This document shows, in pieces, positions 1-8,785 of a DNA stretch of 22,918 nucleotides. This stretch comes from Simkaniaceae bacterium. GTDB lineage: Bacteria > Chlamydiota > Chlamydiia > Chlamydiales > JAJFMI01. The notes beneath the pieces were generated by a model, which saw only the letters and a program-made list of their open reading frames with translations, was not told where the DNA came from and did not search any database. Both the position numbers and the translations under genes were made by a program. How positions within the stretch are numbered: the stretch's first letter is position 1; the number at the start of each line of letters is the position of its first letter. Location of the stretch: assembly GCA_040880145.1 (NCBI GenBank), contig JBBDIZ010000036.1, positions 1 to 22,918 on the forward strand. Direction: 5' to 3'.

Positions 1-234
1 TACCAATTTCCACTCATCACCATAATTGATATTTTCTTTTGTAGGCTCTAAATGATCAAAATAAAAGAGGTGTCGAAATCGTCGATCGTCATAGAATTCC
101 GCAGTCTCTTTATCTAGATCACATAAATGACTATTAAGATAATAAACTCTATCGCCCCATTTATAACTATCATGATTTTTATCGATCAATTCATTAAATT
201 TATTAATGTATTCATTATTTGAAATAGAACTCAT
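1..234 (-). CDS. Partial hypothetical protein (N-terminal 78 aa, continues beyond left edge); possible secreted effector
   Basis: Manual translation, not in the ORF track: ATG at 234 gives MSSISNNEYINKFNELIDKNHDSYKWGDRVYYLNSHLCDLDKETAEFYDDRRFRHLFYFDHLEPTKENINYGDEWKLV with no stop to position 1. AAGAG lies upstream, preceded by an AT-rich intergenic region. Confidence 0.7.
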   Translation of the reverse strand, partial: MSSISNNEYINKFNELIDKNHDSYKWGDRVYYLNSHLCDLDKETAEFYDDRRFRHLFYFDHLEPTKENINYGDEWKLV

Positions 235-371
235 AGCAATACTCTTACATAAGATATTTGTTAAATATATTATAAGGTGTTTTTAGATAAATAAAAAGAA
301 AAAGTTGTTTCGGTATAAAATAGTTTTTAATACTATTTTTTTTTCGTTTCCACCCCTTATCTATACTAAAT

Positions 372-1568
372 TTAATTTAAAAAATTTTCTATTACTTTTT
401 TTGTGTAGTCGAGTTCTTTGTCTGAATGCGCCGTTGAAAGAAACCACGCCTCATAGGGAGAGGGTGGGATGTAGATCCCTCTTTTTAGAAGATAGCGGAA
501 AAATTCATTGAAGCGTGGACGATTCATTTGATTGACCTCATCAAAATTTCTTGGATTTTGCACATCAAAGAAAAGGGTCATCATAGAACCGACTCTAGAA
601 AATCCCTCAATGTTGTGAACAAATGCTTTTGATGTTTTCTCTAGACATTCATAAAATCCCTCTTTTTCACAAATCTTCAAAGTCTCAAGTCCTGCCCTCA
701 TCGCCACAGGATTCCCAGAGAGCGTTCCCGCTTGAAAGACCTTCCCTAAGGGTTTTAGTTGGTCCAATATTTTTTTTCTTCCTCCTACAAAAGCCGCTGG
801 AAGCCCTCCTCCAACGATCTTTCCAAGGGTTGTTAAATCAGGAGAAATGCCGTAAAGCCCCTGAGCGCCCGATAATCCAACTCGATAGCCTGTGATGACT
901 TCATCAAAAATCAGCAAGGCTCCATATCGCAGCGTTAAATCTCTTAAAAGTTTAAGAAAGTCGCGGCTTGCCGGAACAACTCCCATGTTCGCTGCTATGG
1001 GCTCAATAATGACTGCCGCAATTTCTTCTCCATTTTTTTGCATGACCTCTTCTAATTCAGCTGCGTCATTATACTGAAGTGTTAAGGTGTTCTCTTCAAA
1101 AACACCGGCGCTTTTATTCGCGAGCATCGCATCAGAGTGACCATGATAACATCCTTTAAACGTGATGATCTTTTTCCGATTTCGAAAGGCTCTAGCAAGT
1201 CGAATCGCGGTCATGACCGCTTCTGTTCCCGATGAGACAAAGCGCCCTTTTTCTATCGAGGGATAGTGCTCAACAATCTTTTCCGCAATTTCGCACTCTA
1301 ATTCTGTTGAGATTCCAAAAGAAGTTCCGCACCTTAATGTCTCGATGACTTTTTCAATGATGTAAGGATGGCTGTGACCTAAGATTAAAGCTCCCCAGCT
1401 TTGACAAAAGTCGATATAGGCGTTTCCCTCGACATCAAAAATCGTCCCCCCCTCCCCTCTCTCAACAATAATTGGATCGATTTCAAGTCCCACAAAAGCT
1501 CGGGCTGCTGAATTGACTCCTCCAGGTAAAACCTCTCTTGCTCTTTCTAATAATGTACTTGTTTTCAT
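372..1568 (-). CDS. hemL: Glutamate-1-semialdehyde 2,1-aminomutase
   Basis: PGGVNS, SSGTEA, GCYHGH, EPIAANMG, LIFDEVITGYR, PLP-lysine motif DLTTLGKIVGGGLP, FQAGTLSGNP, PPSPYEAWFLSTAHS. The ATG at 1568 (MKTSTLLERA) fits the family better than the ORF-track start at 1646. Confidence 0.97.
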   Translation of the reverse strand: MKTSTLLERAREVLPGGVNSAARAFVGLEIDPIIVERGEGGTIFDVEGNAYIDFCQSWGALILGHSHPYIIEKVIETLRCGTSFGISTELECEIAEKIVEHYPSIEKGRFVSSGTEAVMTAIRLARAFRNRKKIITFKGCYHGHSDAMLANKSAGVFEENTLTLQYNDAAELEEVMQKNGEEIAAVIIEPIAANMGVVPASRDFLKLLRDLTLRYGALLIFDEVITGYRVGLSGAQGLYGISPDLTTLGKIVGGGLPAAFVGGRKKILDQLKPLGKVFQAGTLSGNPVAMRAGLETLKICEKEGFYECLEKTSKAFVHNIEGFSRVGSMMTLFFDVQNPRNFDEVNQMNRPRFNEFFRYLLKRGIYIPPSPYEAWFLSTAHSDKELDYTKKVIENFLN

Positions 1569-1627
1569 CAGGGACCTTTTTGATTTTCGGTATACAATGT
1601 AATGCAAAATTCGAATTGATTCAATCC

Positions 1628-1656
1628 TTGTGAATAATTTAAGCAAGGCGTAAAAT
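1628..1656 (+). promoter_or_regulatory. Candidate sigma70/sigma66-type promoter for the translocon cassette
   Basis: TTGTGA (1628-1633), 17-nt spacer, TAAAAT (1651-1656); GGAGA ribosome-binding site at 1670-1674 before the ATG at 1681. Confidence 0.5.
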
Positions 1657-1680
1657 CAGTGCATTCATTGGAGAAAAATT

Positions 1681-2493
1681 ATGTCAAAAATGCTTTTCGA
1701 TGTTCTCGATCGCTCTCATCAGGAAATATTCTTCCCTGACCGGCAGGCAAAAGACCCTATCGAAGACTTGCAAAAACTACTCAAAGCTGTAAACGCTTCC
1801 GAGCCGATTGATCACGAACAATTTAGAGGTGAGCTAACCCAAATCCACAGTGAATGTGGATTAAGTGATGAGTACCTCGCCTTATTTGATCAAAATGATT
1901 CGGATGAATTAAGACGTATTTTAAAAAGAGAGGCGGACACCCCTGTTGAAAAGCTTTTTCTAGAAACTTTAATCACCTATCTCGATCAAAAAGATCCTAA
2001 ACCCTCTCATGTAGCACTCGATGTCATTGCTCTTCAGGTTGCTGTAGATGCAGATTTTGATCAAAAAATTGAAGAAATTCAGAAAGAGATTTCGGACATT
2101 AATTTTGAACTCGAAAATTTGACGATGCTCTCTTCTGAACTACGGCCTTTTCTAAAAGAAGGGAAGGAATTTATCGACCTTTCAAAGGATGAAAAAGCCC
2201 TCTCAAAAATTCATGAGATTCAAGAGAAGTGGCCCTCTTTTTTTGATAAAGAGACGCCTTGTCCTTTTTCTGAGGACTTAAATCCCAAGAAGGTCACCCT
2301 TGACGACATCACTGCAGCAATAACGAGACTCGATGCCGCAAAGCTTAAAAAAGAAAAAGAAGTTCCGATGGCTGTTTTGAAAATGGAGCGGATTACAAAA
2401 CTCAATACCATGACAACAGACATTTTAAAAGAGTCTCTTAAATACATCCGAGAGTTTTTACAACGAATTCAAGCAAATTCGGGGAAAGGATAA
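1681..2493 (+). CDS. Hypothetical helical protein, first gene of T3SS translocon cassette (candidate needle-tip/hydrophilic translocator)
   Basis: 270 aa, acidic and coiled-coil-like, no transmembrane segment. TAATG stop/start overlap with the SycD gene. Function is inferred from position only. Confidence 0.6.
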   Translation: MSKMLFDVLDRSHQEIFFPDRQAKDPIEDLQKLLKAVNASEPIDHEQFRGELTQIHSECGLSDEYLALFDQNDSDELRRILKREADTPVEKLFLETLITYLDQKDPKPSHVALDVIALQVAVDADFDQKIEEIQKEISDINFELENLTMLSSELRPFLKEGKEFIDLSKDEKALSKIHEIQEKWPSFFDKETPCPFSEDLNPKKVTLDDITAAITRLDAAKLKKEKEVPMAVLKMERITKLNTMTTDILKESLKYIREFLQRIQANSGKG

Positions 2494-2948
2494 TGAGTGA
2501 GCTTTTAAAAGAAGCCATTGAAACGATCGGTAAAAAAGTCCAAAAAAGTGAATCTTTACTTGCCGAGTTTTCAGATGAAGATTTGGATCTTCTCTATTCA
2601 ATCGCTTTTAGTCTCTATGAGCAAAATGATTATAAATCATCTAAAGAGATCTTTAGGCAGCTTGTGCTCGCAAAACCGATGGAGCGAAAAAACTGGTTAG
2701 CCCTTGCCGGAGCTTTACAAATGGGACGTGACTATCAAGAAGCCTTAACAGCCTGGGGGATTTCTGCTCTTTATGATGATCATGACCCCCTCCCTCATTT
2801 TCATGCAGCTGAATGCCTCTTTTCTATGGAAAATCAAGAAGAGGGCGAAAAAGCACTTTCCGCTGCTGAAGCTCGTATGGAGGAGGAAAATTCTGATCTA
2901 TCAGATAAAATAAACGCCCTAAGAAGGGGATGGAATTCATTAATATGA
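2493..2948 (+). CDS. sycD: SycD/LcrH family type III secretion translocator chaperone (TPR)
   Basis: 151 aa, acidic, with LcrH-type TPR pattern LYSIAFSLYEQNDY..S..IF..L...P....WLALAGALQM...YQEAL.AW......D..DPLPHFHAAECL. Confidence 0.9.
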   Translation: MSELLKEAIETIGKKVQKSESLLAEFSDEDLDLLYSIAFSLYEQNDYKSSKEIFRQLVLAKPMERKNWLALAGALQMGRDYQEALTAWGISALYDDHDPLPHFHAAECLFSMENQEEGEKALSAAEARMEEENSDLSDKINALRRGWNSLI

Positions 2949-3802
2949 AAACCTCTCCTAAAAAATCCATCAACCAAACAGAATTTGTTCCCCTCAATGA
3001 AAAAAACAGCGCTTTTGTTCCCCAAAAAATCCAAGACTCAATTTCAAAAGCTCTACCGGTTGAAAAAAAGATTTTAATATCAAGGCCTCAAATTCCCGTG
3101 CCTGTAAGATTTGCATCCATTGCGGATAATGTAGAAAAGACCAAAGATATTCTCCTAACTTCTGCAAGCGCTCGAATTGATGAAATTCATAACCAACTTG
3201 AGCACTGGCATGAGGAGCAAATTCAAACTTTGAAGCAAACGGCTGAAAAAGTTCGTGCAGAAGGGACCTGGTCAATGGTTAAAAACATTGCGAATGCGTT
3301 TCTCTCTATTTCCTCTGTTTTACTTGGAGCAGCCTGTATAGCAGGAGGCGGAGCTATGGGAGTTGCAGCGGGTGGATTTTTGGTTACAGGAGGCATCTGC
3401 TCTTTTACCTCTCTTGTTCTCGATGCCGCGAATGCCCCTGCTTATTTAACCGGAACTTTTTCAGTTATCGCACTAATTTGCTCCCTTATTGGCGGAGGTA
3501 TCGCCTACTCGATTAATCAAATCGATACACTTGGAAAAGTCATTGGTCATATTGTCCAACTCTCCATGCTCATCACAAAAGGATGCGCTGACTTAACAAC
3601 GACAAAAAACCAATACGATAAAGCGATGCTGGATGCGGACTTAAAAGCGATTCAAAAAGAGTTGGAATATCGTCAAATCACCATCGATATCACAACAGAA
3701 GATTTAAGACCCGAGCTCAAGCATTTAGATACCGGCCGTTTGCAAGAGTTGATTAAAAATTACCGTCAAAGTATTCGAGGAATTCTCGATACACCCGCTT
3801 AA
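2930..3802 (+). CDS. CopB/YopB/SseC-like major hydrophobic translocator
   Basis: Directly after SycD. Chaperone-binding-like motif PQIPVP (3086-3103), coiled coil, then a long Gly/Ala-rich hydrophobic region (IANAFLSISSVLLGAACIAGGGAMGVAAGGFLVTGGICSFTSLVL; FSVIALICSLIGGGIAY) and a C-terminal coiled coil. Alternative start at 2945 (ATGA overlap). Confidence 0.7.
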   Translation: MEFINMKTSPKKSINQTEFVPLNEKNSAFVPQKIQDSISKALPVEKKILISRPQIPVPVRFASIADNVEKTKDILLTSASARIDEIHNQLEHWHEEQIQTLKQTAEKVRAEGTWSMVKNIANAFLSISSVLLGAACIAGGGAMGVAAGGFLVTGGICSFTSLVLDAANAPAYLTGTFSVIALICSLIGGGIAYSINQIDTLGKVIGHIVQLSMLITKGCADLTTTKNQYDKAMLDADLKAIQKELEYRQITIDITTEDLRPELKHLDTGRLQELIKNYRQSIRGILDTPA

Positions 3803-3814
3803 AGGAGCCCCATT

Positions 3815-4501
3815 ATGAGCAGTACAATTACTCCAATCGATCTCAATAACGAATCGATAAATATTTCATCGGAACAAGTAAGCTGCCGGCTAGTAAATGA
3901 CTTTTCTCTTCCCTATCTCGATACGGCTTCTGAAATTTTTGAAGAACTCGGCACCGGTTATTATAAACCTGTTTCCTATATTCCAAAAAATAGCATTATT
4001 CGTGTTGAAGAGTGTTTAAAAGCTTTGATTTCGACCGTACTCGATATGACTTACCGCGAGCATCTCGATCGTGAAGAGTATCAGCTTATTTTAAACCGCG
4101 CCTATGAAAAGCTCATTTCTAAGCAACAGTCGCAAGGTTACTGGGCTCTTCTAGGTCTTGCAACCGGCGCCGGGCAACTCGCAGGAGCAGGCCTTACTAT
4201 AGTCACATTAGACCTCAATCCTGCAACTGATTTAATTGGGAATACAAATCGCGTGATATCAGAAAAAATTGGAGCGATTCCAACGGGTGTGGGTCAGCTC
4301 GGCGGCGGCATTCAGCAAGTCGTTTACCATGTGCAGAATTCGGGAATCACAAAAGCTCAGCAATGGACTGAAGAGGGACGTCGGGAAATCGATCAACACT
4401 CAATGAGAACCAATCAAATCAATCGAATTTCAGATCAAGTTGTCGACCTATCAAAACAAATCATGGATGAGTTGGCAAGCCACCACCGGCTTCCCCAATA
4501 A
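3815..4501 (+). CDS. CopD/YopD/SseD-like minor hydrophobic translocator
   Basis: Fourth gene of the cassette with an AAGGAG RBS. Ser/Thr-rich N-terminus, LPYLDTA motif, one hydrophobic segment (YWALLGLATGAGQLAGAGLTIV), amphipathic helical C-terminus. Confidence 0.6.
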   Translation: MSSTITPIDLNNESINISSEQVSCRLVNDFSLPYLDTASEIFEELGTGYYKPVSYIPKNSIIRVEECLKALISTVLDMTYREHLDREEYQLILNRAYEKLISKQQSQGYWALLGLATGAGQLAGAGLTIVTLDLNPATDLIGNTNRVISEKIGAIPTGVGQLGGGIQQVVYHVQNSGITKAQQWTEEGRREIDQHSMRTNQINRISDQVVDLSKQIMDELASHHRLPQ

Positions 4502-4541
4502 ATTTCTACCTATTTAACGAAATTTCAGGTAGGGTGACCTT

Positions 4542-5333
4542 ATGGGAAAAATTTTAGCCAAACGCCTGAATTTTTTAGAACCAATTGGAGAGTACATTCA
4601 ATTAATTTTGGATGTCTTTCTTGCAACATTGCGGCGTCCTCCAAAATGGTCGTTAGTCCGAAATCAACTTTTTGAAATTGGCGTCTTATCGCTTTCTGTC
4701 GTTGCTCTAACGGGGTTTTCAACGGGACTTGTCTTAGCTGCTCAATCCTTTTATCAATTAAATGACAAAGGATTAGGCGGCGCAACCGGGCTTATGGTTG
4801 GAAAGGCGATGATAACAGAACTTGGCCCTGTGCTGACCGCCTTCATGGTCACAGGACGCGTTGGGGCTGCCATGTGCGCAGAACTTGGAACAATGAACGT
4901 TACCGAGCAAATCGATGCCCTCCGCTCTATGGCTGTCAACCCCCTTCGCTATTTAATCTCTCCTCGTTTTATTTCAGGATTTCTTATGTTGCCTCTTCTT
5001 ACTATCTTCAGTATCATCATGGGGATTTTTGGAGGTTACCTCATTGCGGTTTATTACTTTGGAATGTCCCCAACTTCTTACTTCGATCCAATGCCCCAAT
5101 ACATTGATCACTTCGACATTTTCATCGGTCTTGTCAAAGCCATTATCTTTGGAATTTTGATTGTCACCATCTGTTGTTATCGCGGGTTAACAACATCGGG
5201 AGGAGCCCAAGGTGTGGGGCGGGCCACGACAAACTGTGTCGTTATTTGCTACACCTGCATTCTCTTTTTCAACTTTTTCATTACAGTTGGCCTTAATTCC
5301 GTTCGTGAAACTCTTTCGGGATGGCTCACATGA
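4542..5333 (+). CDS. mlaE: MlaE family lipid ABC transporter permease
   Basis: ELGPVLTAFMVTGRVGAAMCAELGTMNVTEQIDALRSMAVNPLRYLISPR and GGAQGVGRATT signatures. Confidence 0.95.
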   Translation: MGKILAKRLNFLEPIGEYIQLILDVFLATLRRPPKWSLVRNQLFEIGVLSLSVVALTGFSTGLVLAAQSFYQLNDKGLGGATGLMVGKAMITELGPVLTAFMVTGRVGAAMCAELGTMNVTEQIDALRSMAVNPLRYLISPRFISGFLMLPLLTIFSIIMGIFGGYLIAVYYFGMSPTSYFDPMPQYIDHFDIFIGLVKAIIFGILIVTICCYRGLTTSGGAQGVGRATTNCVVICYTCILFFNFFITVGLNSVRETLSGWLT

Positions 5334-6073
5334 TCGTTGTGAAAGATCTATTCAAAAAATTTAATGACAATGAAGTTTTAAAAGGGCTCAATCTCACTGT
5401 CGAAAAGGGCGAAACGCTTGTGATTGTAGGACGCTCTGGAGTGGGAAAAAGCGTATTGTTAAAGCACATTTTAGGAATATTAAAAGCAGACAAAGGGACA
5501 ATCGATGTCGATGGATCACGAATTTCAGATTTAAAAGGAGAGGCTCTTATCCAAGCCGTATCTGAAATGGGAATGCTTTTTCAAGGATCTGCCCTTTTTG
5601 ACTCGATGAATGTGGAGGAAAATGTCGGTTTTTATTTATCCGAGCATCAAAAACTTACAAGTGATGAAATGGAAGAGCGGGTTGCTGAAGCCTTAAAAAT
5701 GGTCGATTTAGATGGTGTTCAAAAGAAAATGCCTTCCGATTTATCTGGAGGGATGAAAAAACGAGCAGCGCTTGCCCGCTTAATCGTTTACCGCCCTCAA
5801 TACCTGCTCTACGACGAACCGACGACAGGTCTCGATCCTATTACAGCTATGCATATCAATGAGCTCATCGTAAAAACGCAAAAAGAGCTCAAAGCTACAA
5901 GCATTGTTGTCACCCACGATATTATCTCTGCTCTTTCAATTGCTGACCGCTTGGCACTGCACTGCGATGGAAAGCTCACTCACATTGCAAAGCCGGAAAA
6001 ATTTATGCAAATCGATGACCCCATCATTGAATTTTTTAGAAAAACTTTAACTGAGGATCCTAAAAAATTATGA
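5321..6073 (+). CDS. mlaF: MlaF family ABC transporter ATP-binding protein
   Basis: Walker A GRSGVGKS, GMLFQGSALFDSM, signature LSGGMKKR, Walker B LLYDEPTTGLDP, VTHD. The true start is probably 5330 (ATGA overlap with mlaE). Confidence 0.95.
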   Translation: MAHMIVVKDLFKKFNDNEVLKGLNLTVEKGETLVIVGRSGVGKSVLLKHILGILKADKGTIDVDGSRISDLKGEALIQAVSEMGMLFQGSALFDSMNVEENVGFYLSEHQKLTSDEMEERVAEALKMVDLDGVQKKMPSDLSGGMKKRAALARLIVYRPQYLLYDEPTTGLDPITAMHINELIVKTQKELKATSIVVTHDIISALSIADRLALHCDGKLTHIAKPEKFMQIDDPIIEFFRKTLTEDPKKL

Positions 6074-7272
6074 AGGACCACATTAAGACCATGCTAATTG
6101 GCCTCTTTGTCGCCATTGGTTGTAGTATATTAATTGGTATGATTCTATTTTTTGAGCCAAGTGTCGGAGATGGAAAGCAAAAGCTTCTTTTTCGCTTTGC
6201 CAATATCAATGGGATTAATGTGGGAACACGCGTTTCATTAGCCGGCAAACCCATTGGCGACGTTGTCGCCATCGAGCAGATCCCGGATGCTCGAAAACAA
6301 CCAACAGATGAGCTCAATCAAGTCTATTTTTATCAAATCGTTTGCCATGTCGATAGCTCTGCTAAAATCTATACGACCGATGAAATTACAATGCAGACCT
6401 CAGGATTATTGGGTGAAAAATCCATTACCATTCTTCCTAAAAAAACCCCGCCGGGTGTTCCGCTCAAACTCGCTACAGATCAGACCCCTCTTTATGGTCA
6501 ATCAGCGGATCCCTTTGAATACGCCTTTAATGAACTCTCAGGTTTAGCCGATAAGATGGAAGACACCCTCGACAAAGTGGGCAATTGGATGGATGCCAAT
6601 GGCCAAGCTTTGGGAAGTGCCATTCGCTCTTTTGATAGTGCCATGACAGAGGTTTCTGAAGTTGTGCAAGACGCAAACGCACAAAACTTTGTCGACCATG
6701 TCATCAATGCGACAGATCAATTTTCCGGTGCAATGAAAGAAATCGATGTGGCAATGAACCAAATGCAAAAAGAGGATAGCTTTAGTAATCTCGGCGTTAC
6801 AATAAGAAATTTAAAAAACATCAGCTTTTCCGTCGATGATATTGCTACCGACATTCAGATGGGCAAAGGAACTTTGGGAAAATTAATTGTCGATGATGGG
6901 CTTTACCTGCGCTTCAATGTCATTATGAATAAGGTGAATACGCTTATGAATGATATCAACCACTATGGTTTGATGTTTAACCTCAATAAGCAGTGGCAAA
7001 GGATGCGTGTAAAACGCGTTTCTGAGATAACAGCCCTTGATTCTCCACAAGAATTCCGAAGCTACTTCGAGCGTGAAGTCGATTTAATATCAACCTCAAT
7101 GGAGCGCATCTCTATGCTCATCGAAAGAGCCAATGAGCGCCATGAAACCGAAGAGGTGATGAGAAGCGACCTCTTCACACGAGATTTCGCCGATCTTTTA
7201 AGATCAGTCGAAGGATTGAGTGATAATTTAAAGCTTTATAATCAAAAGCTTATGGATTCAAAAATCGATTAA
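6070..7272 (+). CDS. mlaD: MlaD/MCE family protein with long helical C-terminal extension
   Basis: N-terminal TM (IGLFV..), MCE motifs F.NINGINVGTRVSLAGKPIGDV and TSGLLGEKSITI, then a long helical region including GKGTLGKLI.DDGLY. ATGA overlap with mlaF. Confidence 0.9.
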   Translation: MKDHIKTMLIGLFVAIGCSILIGMILFFEPSVGDGKQKLLFRFANINGINVGTRVSLAGKPIGDVVAIEQIPDARKQPTDELNQVYFYQIVCHVDSSAKIYTTDEITMQTSGLLGEKSITILPKKTPPGVPLKLATDQTPLYGQSADPFEYAFNELSGLADKMEDTLDKVGNWMDANGQALGSAIRSFDSAMTEVSEVVQDANAQNFVDHVINATDQFSGAMKEIDVAMNQMQKEDSFSNLGVTIRNLKNISFSVDDIATDIQMGKGTLGKLIVDDGLYLRFNVIMNKVNTLMNDINHYGLMFNLNKQWQRMRVKRVSEITALDSPQEFRSYFEREVDLISTSMERISMLIERANERHETEEVMRSDLFTRDFADLLRSVEGLSDNLKLYNQKLMDSKID

Positions 7273-7289
7273 GAGGTATAACCCAAGAC

Positions 7290-7865
7290 ATGAGCCAAGA
7301 AGCTTCCCCTCATAACCTCCTAAATAAAGGGACTTTTCTTATTGCAAGCCCGGAAATCACATCCGGATTTTTTTTTAGAAGTGTGATCCTGCTTTGCGAG
7401 CACTCCTCTGCAGGCTCCTTTGGCTTAATCGTCAACAAACCCCTAAATATTGAAATGCCCGAGGAAATCAATCAATTGGGACCGCAAAACAATCCCAATA
7501 TCTTCTTAAAAGCAGGCGGCCCTCTTCAACCCAATCAAATGATGCTGCTCCACAACGACCCCAACCTCACCGATCAAACACTAGAGCTTACGCCAAGTCT
7601 TTTCTTAGGCGGAGATGTCGAGTTCTTAAATAAAGCGATGATAACAGAAAGCGGACCCTCTGTCTTTCTCTGCTTCGGATATACAGGTTGGACAGCAGGC
7701 TTTCTTGAGAAAGAATATCTAGATGGGATGTGGTTTTTAACTAAAGGCAATAGTGATCAACTTTTTAATACCCCACCGGAAAAACTTTGGCAGACCATAC
7801 TAAGAGAAATGGGTGGCAAATATGCCACCCTTTCGATGATTCCTGAAGATCTTTCATTAAATTAA
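7290..7865 (+). CDS. yqgE: YqgE/AlgH (UPF0301) family protein
   Basis: FLIASP, FFRSVILLCEH...GSFGLIVNKP, GGP, FGYTGW..G.LE.E...G.W, LW..IL..MGG.YA.LS..P.D...N. Confidence 0.93.
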   Translation: MSQEASPHNLLNKGTFLIASPEITSGFFFRSVILLCEHSSAGSFGLIVNKPLNIEMPEEINQLGPQNNPNIFLKAGGPLQPNQMMLLHNDPNLTDQTLELTPSLFLGGDVEFLNKAMITESGPSVFLCFGYTGWTAGFLEKEYLDGMWFLTKGNSDQLFNTPPEKLWQTILREMGGKYATLSMIPEDLSLN

Positions 7866-7881
7866 TTATAAAAACAGAGCG

Positions 7882-8607
7882 TCAATATTGAACTCTCAAG
7901 GTATTTAAAATATCTTTTAGTGCCTTATCAGTAAAGTTATCAGAAGTTAATCGCTCTAACACCTTGTCCTCTTTTAAATATATTCCTTTTTCCGTTACAT
8001 AAATCCCGTTATCATTAGTAAGGTAGGGTAACTCTGCACTAATTTGGAATTCAAGCCCCTTCAAATCGTTGAAAGTCAATTTTTTCCCTTGGCTAGGAGC
8101 ATTATTGTTTGTTTGATTTGATACTGGGGTCATTAAAAACGGAAGCGCTTTAGAGATCATTTGACTTTTCCAATCAGCCTCTTCATCATCAAAATAAGAA
8201 ATATCTATATTATTATCGATTTCTTCATCCGAATCAGTGACTGGGCCATTATAGAATTCATTACTTAAAACACGGATATCACCAGTAACCATTTTGTCAT
8301 TAAAAAATTTAAAAGTCTCTTTTTGTAAAAGAGCATTCGATTTCTTAAATATTGAGCAAATTTTGTTTATCAAATTTGTTGAGTTTTCAGAAGGAGAATC
8401 GAAATTTTTATTCGCAGATATAAAACGATTGTGGAGCTCGCTTGAGATTTTTGTTCCATCTAGGTTAGAATTAATAACCTGACAAACAAATTCTTGAATC
8501 TTTGGGTCCAGCTTTTCAAACCATTTTTCTCTATCACTTTCAGATTTGTCGTGAAGAGTTTCTACAATTTTATTATAATAATTATAATTAGATACATTCA
8601 TTGACAT
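7882..8607 (-). CDS. AT-rich hypothetical protein, possible lineage-specific effector
   Basis: 241-aa ORF rich in Asn/Ser/Asp/Lys, with an acidic patch (DSDEEIDNNIDISYFDDEEAD). AAAAGGTT upstream of the ATG. No recognised domain. Confidence 0.7.
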   Translation of the reverse strand: MSMNVSNYNYYNKIVETLHDKSESDREKWFEKLDPKIQEFVCQVINSNLDGTKISSELHNRFISANKNFDSPSENSTNLINKICSIFKKSNALLQKETFKFFNDKMVTGDIRVLSNEFYNGPVTDSDEEIDNNIDISYFDDEEADWKSQMISKALPFLMTPVSNQTNNNAPSQGKKLTFNDLKGLEFQISAELPYLTNDNGIYVTEKGIYLKEDKVLERLTSDNFTDKALKDILNTLRVQY

Positions 8608-8785
8608 ATTAAACCTTTTATTTATACTTTTTATATATTATTTCTGGATTCTATTGATTTGGAAAGAGTATATACTAAATTTAGTAATGTATAATATAAT
8701 TTTAACACAATTTTAATGCTTTGTATATATAAAATTTACATTCCTTATAATAAAGAGGTTATGAATTTACAATTGAATTAAATAG

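Noticed and set aside
1569..1646. N-terminal extension of HemL in the ORF track
   Set aside because: Family similarity begins at the ATG at 1568, and the extension overlaps the divergent promoter region.
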